Assembly: GCA_963737345.1 (NCBI GenBank)
Contig: CAVTSM010000003.1
Coordinates: forward strand, 1,113,616-1,177,615
DNA length: 64,000 nucleotides
Direction of reading: 5' to 3'
Origin: an uncultured Pseudomonadota bacterium
Lineage (GTDB): Bacteria; Myxococcota_A; Polyangia; Fen-1088
Shown here: positions 36,290 through 45,783 of the stretch, piece after piece
How the letters are laid out: every line of letters starts with the position of its first letter
Numbering within the stretch: the stretch's first letter is position 1
Position numbers and translations under genes: made by a program
The notes under the pieces: generated by a model
The model's database searches: none
What the model was told of the DNA's origin: nothing
What the model saw: only the letters and a program-made list of their open reading frames with translations

Positions 36290-37825
36290 TCAGACCGGCG
36301 TGACCTGAGTGATCGGGACGGCCGTCTTTTCGCCGAGCGGCTTGCCGTTCGTCGCGATCACCTTCTTGTACCAATCGAACGAGTCCTTCGGCACCCGCTT
36401 CTGATTCTGGTAGTCGACGTACACCAGCCCGAAGCGCTGTTTGTAGCCGTCGGCCCATTCGAAGTTGTCGAGCAGCGACCAGGCGTAATAACCCGTGACC
36501 GGCAGGCCGTCCTTGATGGCGCGCCCCAGCTCTGCCAGGTAGCGGTGCATGTAATCGATCCGCTGCGGGTCGTGCACCTTGCCGTCCAAGAAAAGCTGGT
36601 CGCGCGTCGCGAGGCCGTTCTCCGTGATCGCCATCGGCAGCTTGTAGCGGTCGTAAATGAAGCGCGGTCCCCAGTACATCGAGGCCGGCGTGATCGGCTC
36701 CCAGTCCGATCCAGCGCGCGGAAAGCCCGGCGGGACCGGAATGGTCTCGGGCTTGCCATCCGCCCCGCGCCGCACGGTGCCAGCCTTGTAGATGTTGAGA
36801 CCCAGCCAGTCGAGCGGCTGCTTCATCTCGTCGAGGTCGGTCGGCTTGAACTTGGGCATGTCCTTGCCCGCGACCGCGACGCCGTCGTCGGGGTATCTGC
36901 CCAGCAGCACCGGGTCCAGCCACCAGGTGTTGTTCCACTGGCCGCGGTAGCCGACCGTGAACATCGAGGTCCGCGCCGCCTCGACGTCGTCGGGGCTGTC
37001 GGTCGCCGGCTGCGTGACTTGGGTGCCTGTCACGTAGCCGATCTTGGTGGCCTTCGGATCGCGGGCTCGCGCCCGCAGCACCTGCACCGCCTTCGCGTGA
37101 GCGCGCATGCCGTTGTGCGCGGCGGTCAAGTATTGCCCGAACGACAGCTTGTCACCGGGCGCGTGCACGCCGTCCAGAAGCGCCATGCCGATGAAGCACT
37201 GGGGCTCGTTTTGCGTCGCCCACGTCTTGATGCGATCGCTGAACTTGTCGGCCAGCAGGCTGGTGTATTCGGCGAACCAGTCGGCCGAATCGCGCTGCAG
37301 CCAGCCGCCCTTCTTGTACAGCGCCTGCGGGTAGTCCCAGTGAAAGATCGTGCACAGCGGCTCGATCCCCGCCTTCAACAGCTCGTCGAGGAGGCGGCTG
37401 TAAAAGTCGAGCCCCTTCGGGTTGGAAGCGCCGATCCCCTCGGGCAACACGCGCGGCCACGAGACGCTGAACCGATACGCCTTCACGCCCAGCGCCTTCA
37501 TCAGCGCGACGTCTTCCTTGTAGCGGTGGTAGTGATCGCAGGCGATGTCGCCCGTGTCGCCCTCGAAGATGACGCCCTTCTTCTTGCAGAACACGTCCCA
37601 CACCGAGGGCCCCTTGCCGTCATCGTAGGCCGCGCCCTCGACCTGGTACGCCGCCGTCGCCACGCCCCAGGTGAAGTCCTTCGGGAACAGGCCGGTGCCC
37701 GCCTTGGCCGGCTTCGTCGTCCCCTTCGTCGTCCCCGTCGCCGACGCGCGCGCGGCGGCTGTCGCCGCCACCCCCGCCGCCGAAACGCCCAGGAAATTCC
37801 GCCTGCTCAGACTCCGATCGCTCAT
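36290..37825 (-). CDS. GH1 beta-glucosidase with Tat signal
   Basis: The ATG at 37825 gives MSDRSLSRRNFLGVSAAGVAATAA (twin-arginine signal). Acid/base motif TQNEPQCF and nucleophile motif ITENGLATRD. The ORF-track 5' extension to 37912 runs into tRNA-Lys. Confidence 0.9.
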   Translation of the reverse strand: MSDRSLSRRNFLGVSAAGVAATAAARASATGTTKGTTKPAKAGTGLFPKDFTWGVATAAYQVEGAAYDDGKGPSVWDVFCKKKGVIFEGDTGDIACDHYHRYKEDVALMKALGVKAYRFSVSWPRVLPEGIGASNPKGLDFYSRLLDELLKAGIEPLCTIFHWDYPQALYKKGGWLQRDSADWFAEYTSLLADKFSDRIKTWATQNEPQCFIGMALLDGVHAPGDKLSFGQYLTAAHNGMRAHAKAVQVLRARARDPKATKIGYVTGTQVTQPATDSPDDVEAARTSMFTVGYRGQWNNTWWLDPVLLGRYPDDGVAVAGKDMPKFKPTDLDEMKQPLDWLGLNIYKAGTVRRGADGKPETIPVPPGFPRAGSDWEPITPASMYWGPRFIYDRYKLPMAITENGLATRDQLFLDGKVHDPQRIDYMHRYLAELGRAIKDGLPVTGYYAWSLLDNFEWADGYKQRFGLVYVDYQNQKRVPKDSFDWYKKVIATNGKPLGEKTAVPITQVTPV

Positions 37826-37882
37826 GCTCGCCTCTCGATTAGGGTCAGAGTCTCCCGCGGGGGCACGGCACAGAAACTTGGG

Positions 37883-37955
37883 TGGGCGCAGAAGGAATCG
37901 AACCTTCAACAAACGGATTAAGAGTCCGCTGCTCTACCAATTGAGCTATGCGCCC
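37883..37955 (-). tRNA. tRNA-Lys (anticodon CTT)
   Basis: The reverse complement reads GGGCGCATAGCTCAATTGGTAGAGCAGCGGA-CTCTTAA-TCCGT...GAAGGTTCGATTCCTTCTGCGCCCA, which folds as a cloverleaf. CCA is not encoded. Confidence 0.9.
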
Positions 37956-38024
37956 TGAACGAAGCGGTGCCGGTACTTACGCTATCACTCGTCGCTTCGT
38001 CAACCCCCTCGCATTGGTAACTGC

Positions 38025-38101
38025 TGGTGCGCCCGAGGTGAGTCGAACACCTAACCCTCGGCTTCGAAGGCCGATGCTCTATCCAGTTGAGCTACGGGCG
38101 C
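38025..38101 (-). tRNA. tRNA-Arg (anticodon TCG)
   Basis: The reverse complement reads GCGCCCGTAGCTCAACTGGATAGAGCATCGGC-CTTCGAA-GCCGA...AGGTGTTCGACTCACCTCGGGCGCACCA, with an encoded CCA. Confidence 0.9.
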
Positions 38102-38140
38102 AGAAAGCACGCCGGATGTTGCAGGCCGGCTCCCCGCCCG

Positions 38141-38755
38141 TCAAGGGTGCTTCGGCGCCGCGGCAGCCGGTTTGTCGCCCGCCGGTCTGGCGACGGGTGT
38201 TTCGCCGCCCGGCTTTTTGGCCTTGGGCCGGGGCACGAAGACGGGGTGCAGCTCGTGGAAGATGCGATCCTTGGCCGCGTACGGCGCCCCGCGCATGTCG
38301 ACGTTGGCGATCGATTTCAGCGTGCTGACCAGCAGCGCGATCCGGCTGTGGGCGGTGTCGTCGCAGGGCGGCGCACCGGCCGGCGGCGTCTGCTCGCACA
38401 GCGCCATCGCTTCCTGCGCCGCCGCGTAAGCGGGCGCGGCCTCGAACCGGTCGGCGTAGGCGATGGCGCGCACCTGCTGCAGCCGGTAGTCGGCGGGATG
38501 GAACTTCAGCGCCTTCGTCACCGCCGCCAGGGCCCAATCGGGGCGGTGGCCGTCCAGGAAAATGTTGGCCAGTTCGACGGTGGCGCCCGCGTCATCGGGA
38601 TGTCCCGCCAGCACGGCCTGCAGCTCGGCCACGCGCGCGCGTCGCTCGGCGTCGACGGTCAGGGCCGGCTTGACGGACGCGTCTGGCCGCGGCATCAGCA
38701 GGATCGTCGCCAGCAGAACGAGGACGATCAGGTCGAGGATGCGCGTCAGGCCCAT
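38141..38755 (-). CDS. hypothetical membrane-anchored periplasmic helical (TPR-like) protein
   Basis: The ATG at 38755 gives MGLTRILDLIVLVLLATILLM (anchor). A helical region follows (AELQAVLAGHPDDAGATVELANIFLDGHRPDWALAAVTKALKFHPADY), then a Lys/Pro-rich tail. The ORF-track extension to 39130 is rejected. Confidence 0.55.
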   Translation of the reverse strand: MGLTRILDLIVLVLLATILLMPRPDASVKPALTVDAERRARVAELQAVLAGHPDDAGATVELANIFLDGHRPDWALAAVTKALKFHPADYRLQQVRAIAYADRFEAAPAYAAAQEAMALCEQTPPAGAPPCDDTAHSRIALLVSTLKSIANVDMRGAPYAAKDRIFHELHPVFVPRPKAKKPGGETPVARPAGDKPAAAAPKHP

Positions 38756-38878
38756 GCCGCTGGAAGTATCTAGCACGGGACCGGCTCCAATATCCCAAAT
38801 GTGGACAAACACCCCGAACGGGGAAAAACGCCACGGCTGACATGTACGAAAGCCTGATGAAACCTGGAAGAAACCGAA

Positions 38879-38894
38879 TGGCACCACAAGTGCT
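38879..38894 (+). promoter_or_regulatory. sigma-54-type -24/-12 promoter candidate upstream of exbB-1
   Basis: TGGCACCACAAGTGCT compared with the consensus TGGCACG-N4-TTGCW: the GG and GC elements have correct spacing and there is one mismatch in the -12 box. It lies about 150 nt upstream of the 39045 start. Confidence 0.4.
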
Positions 38895-39044
38895 ACAGAG
38901 GCTTTGCGGTTTTCTGGGCCGGGGCGGTTTGCGACGGCGGTCTGCAGTTCGTGTTTTCTGACCCACCGAATTGACCCCATACAAAGAGCCCGCTGCCGTT
39001 TTCCGTAGGCTGCGCACCCACCGAAGGACTGAAGGAGGAGCCGG

Positions 39045-39686
39045 ATGATCGTTCTCAAGATGTTGGCCGACGCATTCCACGAGGGGGGATGGGGCATGTG
39101 GCCAATCCTTTTCCTGCTGATGATCACCATCTCGATCGTGATCGAGCGGGCGGTCTATCTGCGCCGCGCCGTGATCGACAAGGAAAAGCTGGTGGCTCTT
39201 CTCCGGTCGCAGATTTCGGCCGGTAACATCCAGGGCGCCATCAAGGTGTGCTCGGGCAACTCGACGCCGCTGACGCGCATCGTCGCGGCCGGTCTGATGC
39301 GCGCCAACCGCTCGGACGAAGAGATCAACTCGGCCATGGAAGAGGCCGGCCTGCGCGAGCTGCCGCAGCTCGAGAAGCGGACCGGCTACCTGGCCATGCT
39401 GGGGAACCTGGCGACCCTGGCGGGCCTGCTGGGGACCATCACCGGTCTCATCAAGGCGTTCGCCGGCGTGGCCGGCGTCGACCCGTCGCAGAAGGCGACC
39501 CTGCTGTCGAAGGGCATCTCGGAGGCCATGAACTGCACCGCGTTCGGCCTCACCACCGGCATCGTCGGTCTGGCGGCCTTCGCCTGGCTGAACGGCCGCA
39601 CGCAGAACACCCTCGACGACATCGCCGAGGTGAAGAAGAACGTTTCGAACATGCTGTTCCAGGCCAAGGCCGCGATGCACGGCTAA
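39045..39686 (+). CDS. MotA/TolQ/ExbB-family proton channel, copy 1
   Basis: GAAGGAGGAG RBS. Three TM helices and the conserved LGLLGTITGLI...GISEAMNCTAFGL core. Confidence 0.9.
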   Translation: MIVLKMLADAFHEGGWGMWPILFLLMITISIVIERAVYLRRAVIDKEKLVALLRSQISAGNIQGAIKVCSGNSTPLTRIVAAGLMRANRSDEEINSAMEEAGLRELPQLEKRTGYLAMLGNLATLAGLLGTITGLIKAFAGVAGVDPSQKATLLSKGISEAMNCTAFGLTTGIVGLAAFAWLNGRTQNTLDDIAEVKKNVSNMLFQAKAAMHG

Positions 39687-39737
39687 CCGCCGCGCCAAAC
39701 TTTTCTTTCCACCGACACCCGACAAGGAGAACGAGAA

Positions 39738-40376
39738 ATGTTTCTGATGGAGCACTTTCAGGAAGGCGGCTGGGGTATGTGGCCGATCCTCTTGCTGCTG
39801 GGAATCACCCTGTTCATCGCGATCGACCGCTGGCTCTACGTGTCGAAGTCGAAGGTCGACGTCGACAAGCTGATGTCGCTGCTGAAGTCGCAGATCGTCT
39901 CGGGCAACATCCAGGGCGCCATCAACACCTGTCAGGCGAGCCCGGCCCCGGTGACGAAGATCATCGCCGCTGGCCTGCGCCGCGCCGGTGGGTCCGAGCT
40001 GGACGTGCAGCAGGGCATGGACGAAGAGGCCCTGCGTGAGCTGCCGAAGATCGAGAAGCGGACCGGCTACCTGGCGATGCTGGGAAACCTGGCCACCCTC
40101 GCCGGCCTGCTGGGGACCATCACCGGTCTCATCAAGGCGTTCGCCGGCGTCGCCGGTGTCGACCCCTCGATGAAGGCGACGATGCTCTCGAAGGGTATCT
40201 CCGAGGCCATGAACTGCACCGCGTTCGGCCTGGGCACCGGTATCCTGGGTCTGGCCACCTACGCCATCCTGAACGGCATGACCCAGCACGTGATGGACGG
40301 CATCAACCAGGCCACTGTCGAGACGCTGAACCTGGTCGTCGCCGGCCGCGGTGGCGAACAGAACCAGCAGTACTAA
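39738..40376 (+). CDS. MotA/TolQ/ExbB-family proton channel, copy 2
   Basis: AAGGAGA RBS. Same architecture as copy 1, with the C-terminal core nearly identical to it. Confidence 0.9.
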   Translation: MFLMEHFQEGGWGMWPILLLLGITLFIAIDRWLYVSKSKVDVDKLMSLLKSQIVSGNIQGAINTCQASPAPVTKIIAAGLRRAGGSELDVQQGMDEEALRELPKIEKRTGYLAMLGNLATLAGLLGTITGLIKAFAGVAGVDPSMKATMLSKGISEAMNCTAFGLGTGILGLATYAILNGMTQHVMDGINQATVETLNLVVAGRGGEQNQQY

Positions 40377-40403
40377 CGCCCACTCTTTTTCGAGGAATCA
40401 CCC

Positions 40404-40877
40404 ATGGGCGTTTCAGTCGATACCGGCGGCAAAGGCGGGAAAAAATCCGTCAATGCCGACCTGAACCTGGTTCCGTACATCGACCTTCTGACGTGCATGG
40501 TGGCGTTCCTTCTCATCACCGCCGTCTGGTCCCAGCTGGCGCGCCTCGAGGCGCACCAGAAGGGGCAAGGCCAAGCGGGTGAGGACACGCCGCCAGAGAA
40601 GGTCTTCAAGCTGGTCGTGCTCGTCAACGACAGCGGGTTCAATCTGGTGGCCGATCAGGACCAGCAGCCGATCCCGAAGAAGGGCGACAGCTACGACTAC
40701 GAAAAGCTCGGCGACGAGCTGAAGAAGATCAAGGACACGCACGCCGACAAGACCGACATCCAGGTCGCCAGCGACGACTCGATTCACTTCGAGATCCTCG
40801 TCAAGACCATGGACACGGCCCTGTCGTCGCGCTTCCCCGACATCTCATTGATTGATTCTGGCGGCGCCGGGATCTGA
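40404..40877 (+). CDS. ExbD/TolR-family biopolymer transport protein, copy 1
   Basis: The N-terminus NLVPYIDLLTCMVAFLLIT contains the conserved Asp-bearing TM helix. The periplasmic domain ends with DIQVASDDSIHFEILVKTMD. Confidence 0.85.
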   Translation: MGVSVDTGGKGGKKSVNADLNLVPYIDLLTCMVAFLLITAVWSQLARLEAHQKGQGQAGEDTPPEKVFKLVVLVNDSGFNLVADQDQQPIPKKGDSYDYEKLGDELKKIKDTHADKTDIQVASDDSIHFEILVKTMDTALSSRFPDISLIDSGGAGI

Positions 40878-40892
40878 CGGAGCGACCACGCA

Positions 40893-41453
40893 ATGCCTAT
40901 TCATCCTCCGCATGCGCACCTCTTCAACTCGGTCAACCTCGAGGTGGCGAAAGCCAAGCTCGGGCACGCCGGGCGTAAGAGCCTGTACGCACCGCTGAAC
41001 CTGGTCGCGTACATCGACATGATGACGATGTTGGTCATCTTCCTGCTGATGTCCTTCTCGGCGACGGGCGAGATCCTGTTCGTTCAGAAGAACATCGTGC
41101 TCCCGGACGCCCAAAACTGGACGGACCTGGAACGCGCGCCGGTCATCGGCGTCAGCAAGGACGTCGTCACGCTGGACGGCTCGCAGGTCGCGACGGCCGA
41201 CGAGCTGATGAAGGACTCCGCGACCGGCGATTTCAAGATCGCCGACCTGCACGACAAGCTGGTGACCCTGAAGAACAACTACAAGCTCCTTCACCCGAGC
41301 GAGGACTTCAACGGGATCGCCATCATTCAGTCGGACAAGAACGTCGAGTTCAAGATGCTGAAGAAGGTGATGTACTCGGCGGCCGTCGCCGGATACCAGA
41401 ACGTGAACTTCGCGGTCACCCCCAAGGCCAAGGGCGGCGCACCGGCGCCCTAG
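40893..41453 (+). CDS. ExbD/TolR-family biopolymer transport protein, copy 2
   Basis: LNLVAYIDMMTMLVIFLLM TM helix with Asp. Periplasmic domain with IAIIQSDKNVEFKMLKKVMYS. Confidence 0.85.
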   Translation: MPIHPPHAHLFNSVNLEVAKAKLGHAGRKSLYAPLNLVAYIDMMTMLVIFLLMSFSATGEILFVQKNIVLPDAQNWTDLERAPVIGVSKDVVTLDGSQVATADELMKDSATGDFKIADLHDKLVTLKNNYKLLHPSEDFNGIAIIQSDKNVEFKMLKKVMYSAAVAGYQNVNFAVTPKAKGGAPAP

Positions 41454-41479
41454 CCTACCCACCGCCTCATCGAACCCGG

Positions 41480-41517
41480 ACGGCCGGCCTCTTGACGGAG
41501 GTCGGCCGTTTGTGTTT
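41480..41517 (+). terminator. rho-independent terminator after exbD-2
   Basis: ACGGCCGGCCTC (41480-41491) pairs with GAGGTCGGCCGT (41498-41509), with one G-U pair, and is followed by TTGTGTTT. Confidence 0.65.
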
Positions 41518-41569
41518 CTACGCCCCTTTCTGACGCTTTGAGATACGCTGCTGCCCCAAAGGAGTCTCC

Positions 41570-43261
41570 ATGCGCACCCAGCTCACCGCCGCCCTCGCGT
41601 TGACCCTGGCTGTTGGAGCCGCCGCCTGCGCGGGCGACCCCAACGACCCGATGACCTGGGCCAAGCAGCTCAAGGACTTGCGCAACCAGAAGGAAGCGCT
41701 GGACCACCTGGCGAACATGGACGTCGATCGCGCGCGCCCCGCCGTGCCGGCGCTGATCGATCTGTACAACGATTCCAAGCGCCCCGAATTTTTGGAAGCG
41801 CTGGCCCGCTACAACGACCCGCGGACCAAGCCCGTGATGATCGAGGCGCTGGACTACACCGAGGACGACTTCGACCGCGCCACCATCGCCGCCGGCGTGC
41901 TGGGCGAAATGAAGGCCACCGACGCCGTGCCGCAGCTGATCGCGGCGGCCGAAAAGCCCCTGCCCATCAAGTCGCGCGCCAACAGCGCCCGCATCGCCGC
42001 CATGCGCGCCTTGGTCAAGATCGGCGACAAGCGGGCCGTCCCGACGCTGATGAAGATCCTGACCACCTCGGCCGACGAGCAGGACTTCCTGCTGAACCAG
42101 CGCGCCGCTCTCGGCCTGGCCGAGTTCAAAGACCCGCAGGCCATCCCGGCGTTGATCAAGGGCCTCTTCATGACCGGCCGCGGGACGGGCATTTTCCAGG
42201 AGTGCCGCCTGGCCTTGGTCCGCATCGGCCAGCCCGCCGTCGAGCCGATGATCGCGCTGCTGAAAGAGCAGAACCCCGAAGTCCAGGAGATGGCCAAGCA
42301 GTACAAGTTCGACGAGGTGACCCCCGGCGTGGTCCCCCACAAGGCGGCGATCCTGCTCGGCGACCTGCGCGCCAAGAAGGCCGTGCCGGCCTTGGTCGAG
42401 CGCCTGCACCAGAAGGCCAAGGGCGACGAGCACCGCTCGGCGCTGATCGCGCTCGGCTACATCGCGACGCCGCAAGCCGTCGACGCCATCCTGGCTGATC
42501 TCAAGGACGCCAAGGCCGACCCCGCCGAGCGCGCCAGCGCCGCGGACGCGTTGTACCTGTCGGGCGACCGCCGCGCCGTCCCCGTGTTGCTGGAGGTCGC
42601 CAAGTCCGGCTACGTGAAGAGCGGCGGCGAAAACGCCTCCGACCTCCGCGCCAGCGCCGCCATCGCCCTGGCCCGCATCGCCGGCCCCGAGACCTACGAC
42701 GCCTTCAAGGCCCTCGCAAACAAAGAGACGGCGGCCGCCGGCGTCTTCGGCATGGCCCTCGACCGCATGCAGGTCGCCAAAGACTGCGGCGAAGACATCA
42801 ACTGCTACGGCAAGACATTGAAGGACCCGTCCTGGACCCGCGCCGAAAAGGCCGCCTTCGCCATCGCCTTCTCGGGCAACGCCAAGCAGGGCCTCCCGCT
42901 GCTGCTCGGCGCGCTGCAGCCCATCACCGCCATGGCCCAGGATCGGTATCCGGTCCACCAGGCGATCTTGTTTGGGTTGACCCGGTTGGGATCACGCGAC
43001 TGCAAGGAATGCATCGACAAGCTGACCACCCAGGTCGCCAAGGACGAGAAGGCCGTGAGGTTGCCAGGCGCGAGGGATTTGTTGGGCGAGACGCGCGTCG
43101 CCGAAGCGATCATCGAGAACCAAGGCGCCAACGACGTCGTCGCCGCGAACACCGCGACGGCGGTCGCCGAGGAGACGCCCGCGCCGGCGGCCAAGGGGAA
43201 GGGCAAGGGGAAGATCGCGAAGGCGGGCAAGGCCAAGGGCGGAAAGAAGAAGCACCGCTAG
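41570..43261 (+). CDS. HEAT-repeat lipoprotein with Lys-rich C-terminal tail
   Basis: AAAGGAG RBS and a lipobox (LAVGAAAC). There are about 10 HEAT/PBS-lyase-like units (AVPALIDLY..., AVPQLIAAA..., AVPTLMKIL..., AIPALIKGL..., AVPALVERL..., AVPVLLEVA...). The tail is AAKGKGKGKIAKAGKAKGGKKKHR. Confidence 0.75.
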   Translation: MRTQLTAALALTLAVGAAACAGDPNDPMTWAKQLKDLRNQKEALDHLANMDVDRARPAVPALIDLYNDSKRPEFLEALARYNDPRTKPVMIEALDYTEDDFDRATIAAGVLGEMKATDAVPQLIAAAEKPLPIKSRANSARIAAMRALVKIGDKRAVPTLMKILTTSADEQDFLLNQRAALGLAEFKDPQAIPALIKGLFMTGRGTGIFQECRLALVRIGQPAVEPMIALLKEQNPEVQEMAKQYKFDEVTPGVVPHKAAILLGDLRAKKAVPALVERLHQKAKGDEHRSALIALGYIATPQAVDAILADLKDAKADPAERASAADALYLSGDRRAVPVLLEVAKSGYVKSGGENASDLRASAAIALARIAGPETYDAFKALANKETAAAGVFGMALDRMQVAKDCGEDINCYGKTLKDPSWTRAEKAAFAIAFSGNAKQGLPLLLGALQPITAMAQDRYPVHQAILFGLTRLGSRDCKECIDKLTTQVAKDEKAVRLPGARDLLGETRVAEAIIENQGANDVVAANTATAVAEETPAPAAKGKGKGKIAKAGKAKGGKKKHR

Positions 43262-43558
43262 AAACGCTCTGATCGGGCTTTGAGATGGCCGCTCTGCTGC
43301 GCGCACTGAGCTTCTCGCTGGGCGCCTTGCTCGGCGGGTCACCCGCAGTTTAGGTTCCGAGCGGACGATTGCACGCACGCTGCTGCGCGGGACGGCTCGT
43401 ACCTCTTCTTGCATGATTTTGTCGAAGTGGACCAGGCGCTGGGCGAAGGCGCAGTTCACGCGGGCCGGGGGCGATAACGCTGGGATTGACCGGGACGCCG
43501 ACACGAGCATCTGAGCGGCCGCTCTCCCGGCACGATTCCGCCGGACAAACAGCGCAAC

Positions 43559-43587
43559 TGAACAAAAACTTGCCGTCACCGCAGATC
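43559..43587 (+). promoter_or_regulatory. ECF-like promoter candidate (TGAACAA-N16-CAGATC) upstream of paralogue B
   Basis: Conserved in position and pattern with 45636-45664 and 47787-47815. It lies about 120 nt upstream of the ATG. Confidence 0.3.
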
Positions 43588-43708
43588 GTGGGAAGGCCGG
43601 CCTCGTCCGCCCACCGGCCGTGATACCAATTTCGCCGTCAGTCGGCGGGTGGCCGGCGATGTGGCTGTCGTACGGCAGCGACGGGTACTTTCTTGCGAGG
43701 GAGACTGA

Positions 43709-45403
43709 ATGAAACGGATACGGTTTGTTCTTGGGACTGTTCTGGGTGGGAGCTTGGCCATGCTCGGTGGTTTCGCCAGCGCGACGATCATCAACGTCAA
43801 CACGACCAGCATGAGCTTGACGAACGATTCTAAGTGTGGCCTGGCGGAAGCGATTGTCGCCGTCAACAACAGAGCGGCTGCATATGGGTGCCCGGCCGGC
43901 ACCGGCAGCGACATCATCCAGCTTCAGGCCGCGACGTACGCGACTTCGGGCGAGCTGGACATCGCTCGCGCGGTCACGATCAAGGGCGCAGCTCAGGATC
44001 CTGCGCTTGGCCTGGCTACCACGATCGCATTTAGCGGCGGAACTGCCTTTGTGGTGTCGGACAGCAACGGTGCCATGTCGGTGACGTTTCAGAACCTCTA
44101 TCTACAGGGACCCTACGCCGCGGGATCCTCATTGGCTGGCATTTGGGCATTTAGCTACACCGGAGGGTCGACTGTCCACGTACTTGGCTGCTGGGTTGGA
44201 GGATTTAGTTACAGCGGTATCGACGCCAACTCGTTCAACCTCGACGTACAGGATTCATTCATTTTCAATAACGACGGACCGAATGGCGGCGGCGGCATCT
44301 TCTTTTCCGGCGCCAATCTCACGGTCGCCCGCAGCACCCTCGAAAACAACACGGTGTCGTCGTACGGCGGCGGCGGCGCGATCGACTACGAGGGCACCGG
44401 CACCTCCAGCCTGACGGCGGTCACCATCGCCCACAACGACGCCCCTTCTGGCGGCGGCGTCTTAGTGCACGCCTACGGGGGCTCGTTCAAGATCAACCAG
44501 TCGACTGTCGCCTTCAACTCCTGCAGCGACCCGAACACAGGCGCTTGCGGGGGCGGGCTCTATTGGGCTGCTGCCAATGCACCAAGCAGCTACAGCATGA
44601 ACGCGACCATCGTTTCCAACAACGACCACGAGAATCCGGTCGCGCCGACAGACTGGCACAGCGACGATGCGACCCCCGTCGTGACCAACTCGGATATTCT
44701 TCTGAATTCCGGAGCGCTGTACACAAACGGCGGCGGGAATTCGCACATGGGCCAGGATCCGCAGCTCGACTACGACCTGATCAAGCTCGGCGGCCTCTAC
44801 CGCGTTCCGTTGTGCCAAATGGAAAAGACGAGCCCGATCCTCGATGTGTTATCGACGCTCAGTCCGGCTGTCGACGCCCGCGGCTTCGTGCGAGGGGTCA
44901 GCAAGACAACTGGGCTCACGGGCTCGACGCTGTTCGACATGGGCGCCATGGAGTACGACCCCAACACCGAGACGGAGTCGATGGTCGCCGTGAGGAGTTC
45001 GGGCACGACGGGGACTGCGACCGGAAGCAGCTACTCGGGGGGCAAGATTTATCAGCTCAAAGCGACGAAGGCCGGCGACTACGCAACCTTTTTCTTGGCT
45101 TCGCAACTCGTCGACGGCGCACCCAATTACAACTTCGTCGCCGGGTTCGTGCTCGGCCCGAACGAGGGGATGGTGCAGCTGGAGATCTCGCAGGATCGAA
45201 CATTCGCAACTGGAGTCACCGCCATCGGGTCGCGCGTCGACCTGTACTCGAGTTCTACGCGAACGTATGTAAGGAATTACAACGTCGGCATTCCACTGGA
45301 TGGCGACAACCAGTACTACATCCGATTGCGCGTCACCGGGAAGAACAGCGCCAGCACGGGATACGCGGTGTACTCCGACTACGTGAACGCGATCCTTCTT
45401 TAA
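43709..45403 (+). CDS. secreted CSLREA-motif / beta-helix protein with C-terminal CBM-like domain, paralogue B
   Basis: GGGAGA RBS and signal peptide. INVNTTSMSLTNDSKCGLAEAIVAVNNRAAAYGCPAGTGSDIIQL, then GGGGI/GGGV-containing beta-helix turns. The C-terminus ends ...YYIRLRVTGKNSASTGYAVYSDYVNAILL. Confidence 0.85.
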   Translation: MKRIRFVLGTVLGGSLAMLGGFASATIINVNTTSMSLTNDSKCGLAEAIVAVNNRAAAYGCPAGTGSDIIQLQAATYATSGELDIARAVTIKGAAQDPALGLATTIAFSGGTAFVVSDSNGAMSVTFQNLYLQGPYAAGSSLAGIWAFSYTGGSTVHVLGCWVGGFSYSGIDANSFNLDVQDSFIFNNDGPNGGGGIFFSGANLTVARSTLENNTVSSYGGGGAIDYEGTGTSSLTAVTIAHNDAPSGGGVLVHAYGGSFKINQSTVAFNSCSDPNTGACGGGLYWAAANAPSSYSMNATIVSNNDHENPVAPTDWHSDDATPVVTNSDILLNSGALYTNGGGNSHMGQDPQLDYDLIKLGGLYRVPLCQMEKTSPILDVLSTLSPAVDARGFVRGVSKTTGLTGSTLFDMGAMEYDPNTETESMVAVRSSGTTGTATGSSYSGGKIYQLKATKAGDYATFFLASQLVDGAPNYNFVAGFVLGPNEGMVQLEISQDRTFATGVTAIGSRVDLYSSSTRTYVRNYNVGIPLDGDNQYYIRLRVTGKNSASTGYAVYSDYVNAILL

Positions 45404-45431
45404 TCGTCGGCGGGGGCGGATGTGCCCATTG

Positions 45432-45482
45432 CCGGATCCGAAGGGCCAGAAGGCAAGGTCTTTCGGGTCCGGTCTTTTTTTT
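45432..45482 (+). terminator. rho-independent terminator after paralogue B
   Basis: CCGGATCCGAA (45432-45442) pairs with TTCGGGTCCGG (45462-45472), followed by TCTTTTTTTT. Confidence 0.8.
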
Positions 45483-45635
45483 GATCGAGCGCCCGCGCGG
45501 TAGGCGCTCGACGCGAGCGCGACCCGACCCACGGCCTCGACGCCGGGAGAAGCGATCACCGAAGAGGGTTGGCGCATAGACAGCGGGGGGGTGACCCTGT
45601 CGCCCAGCAATATTCCGCTCAACCAACGTCGCAAC

Positions 45636-45664
45636 GGAACAAAACTTTGCCGCAACCGCTGACA
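45636..45664 (+). promoter_or_regulatory. ECF-like promoter candidate (GGAACAA-N16-CTGACA) upstream of paralogue C
   Basis: It resembles the sigma-E-type GGAACTT-N16-TCTGA pattern. The surrounding roughly 170 nt are homologous to the region upstream of paralogue B. Confidence 0.3.
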
Positions 45665-45783
45665 ACTGGAATGCCCGTCCTCACGCCGTGCGGACGTGAT
45701 ACTAACCTCGACGTCGTGCGGCGATCAGCCGACCGACGTCGCTGTAATAGGCCAGCGAGGGCACACTTTGCAAGGGAGACGGG

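Noticed and set aside
38756-39130. The N-terminal 125-codon extension of the minus-strand ORF 38141-39130, overlapping the exbB-1 start.
   Set aside because: The extension has no protein-like features and crosses the exbB promoter and RBS region. The ATG at 38755, followed by a TM anchor, is a much better start.
43540-43600. Possible sigma-54 promoters (GGAAC...TTGC) upstream of paralogues B and C.
   Set aside because: The site at 43559 lacks the GG dinucleotide (TGAAC). The site at 45636 has GG-to-GC spacing one nt too long. An ECF-type reading fits all three paralogue upstream regions better, though that is still unproven.
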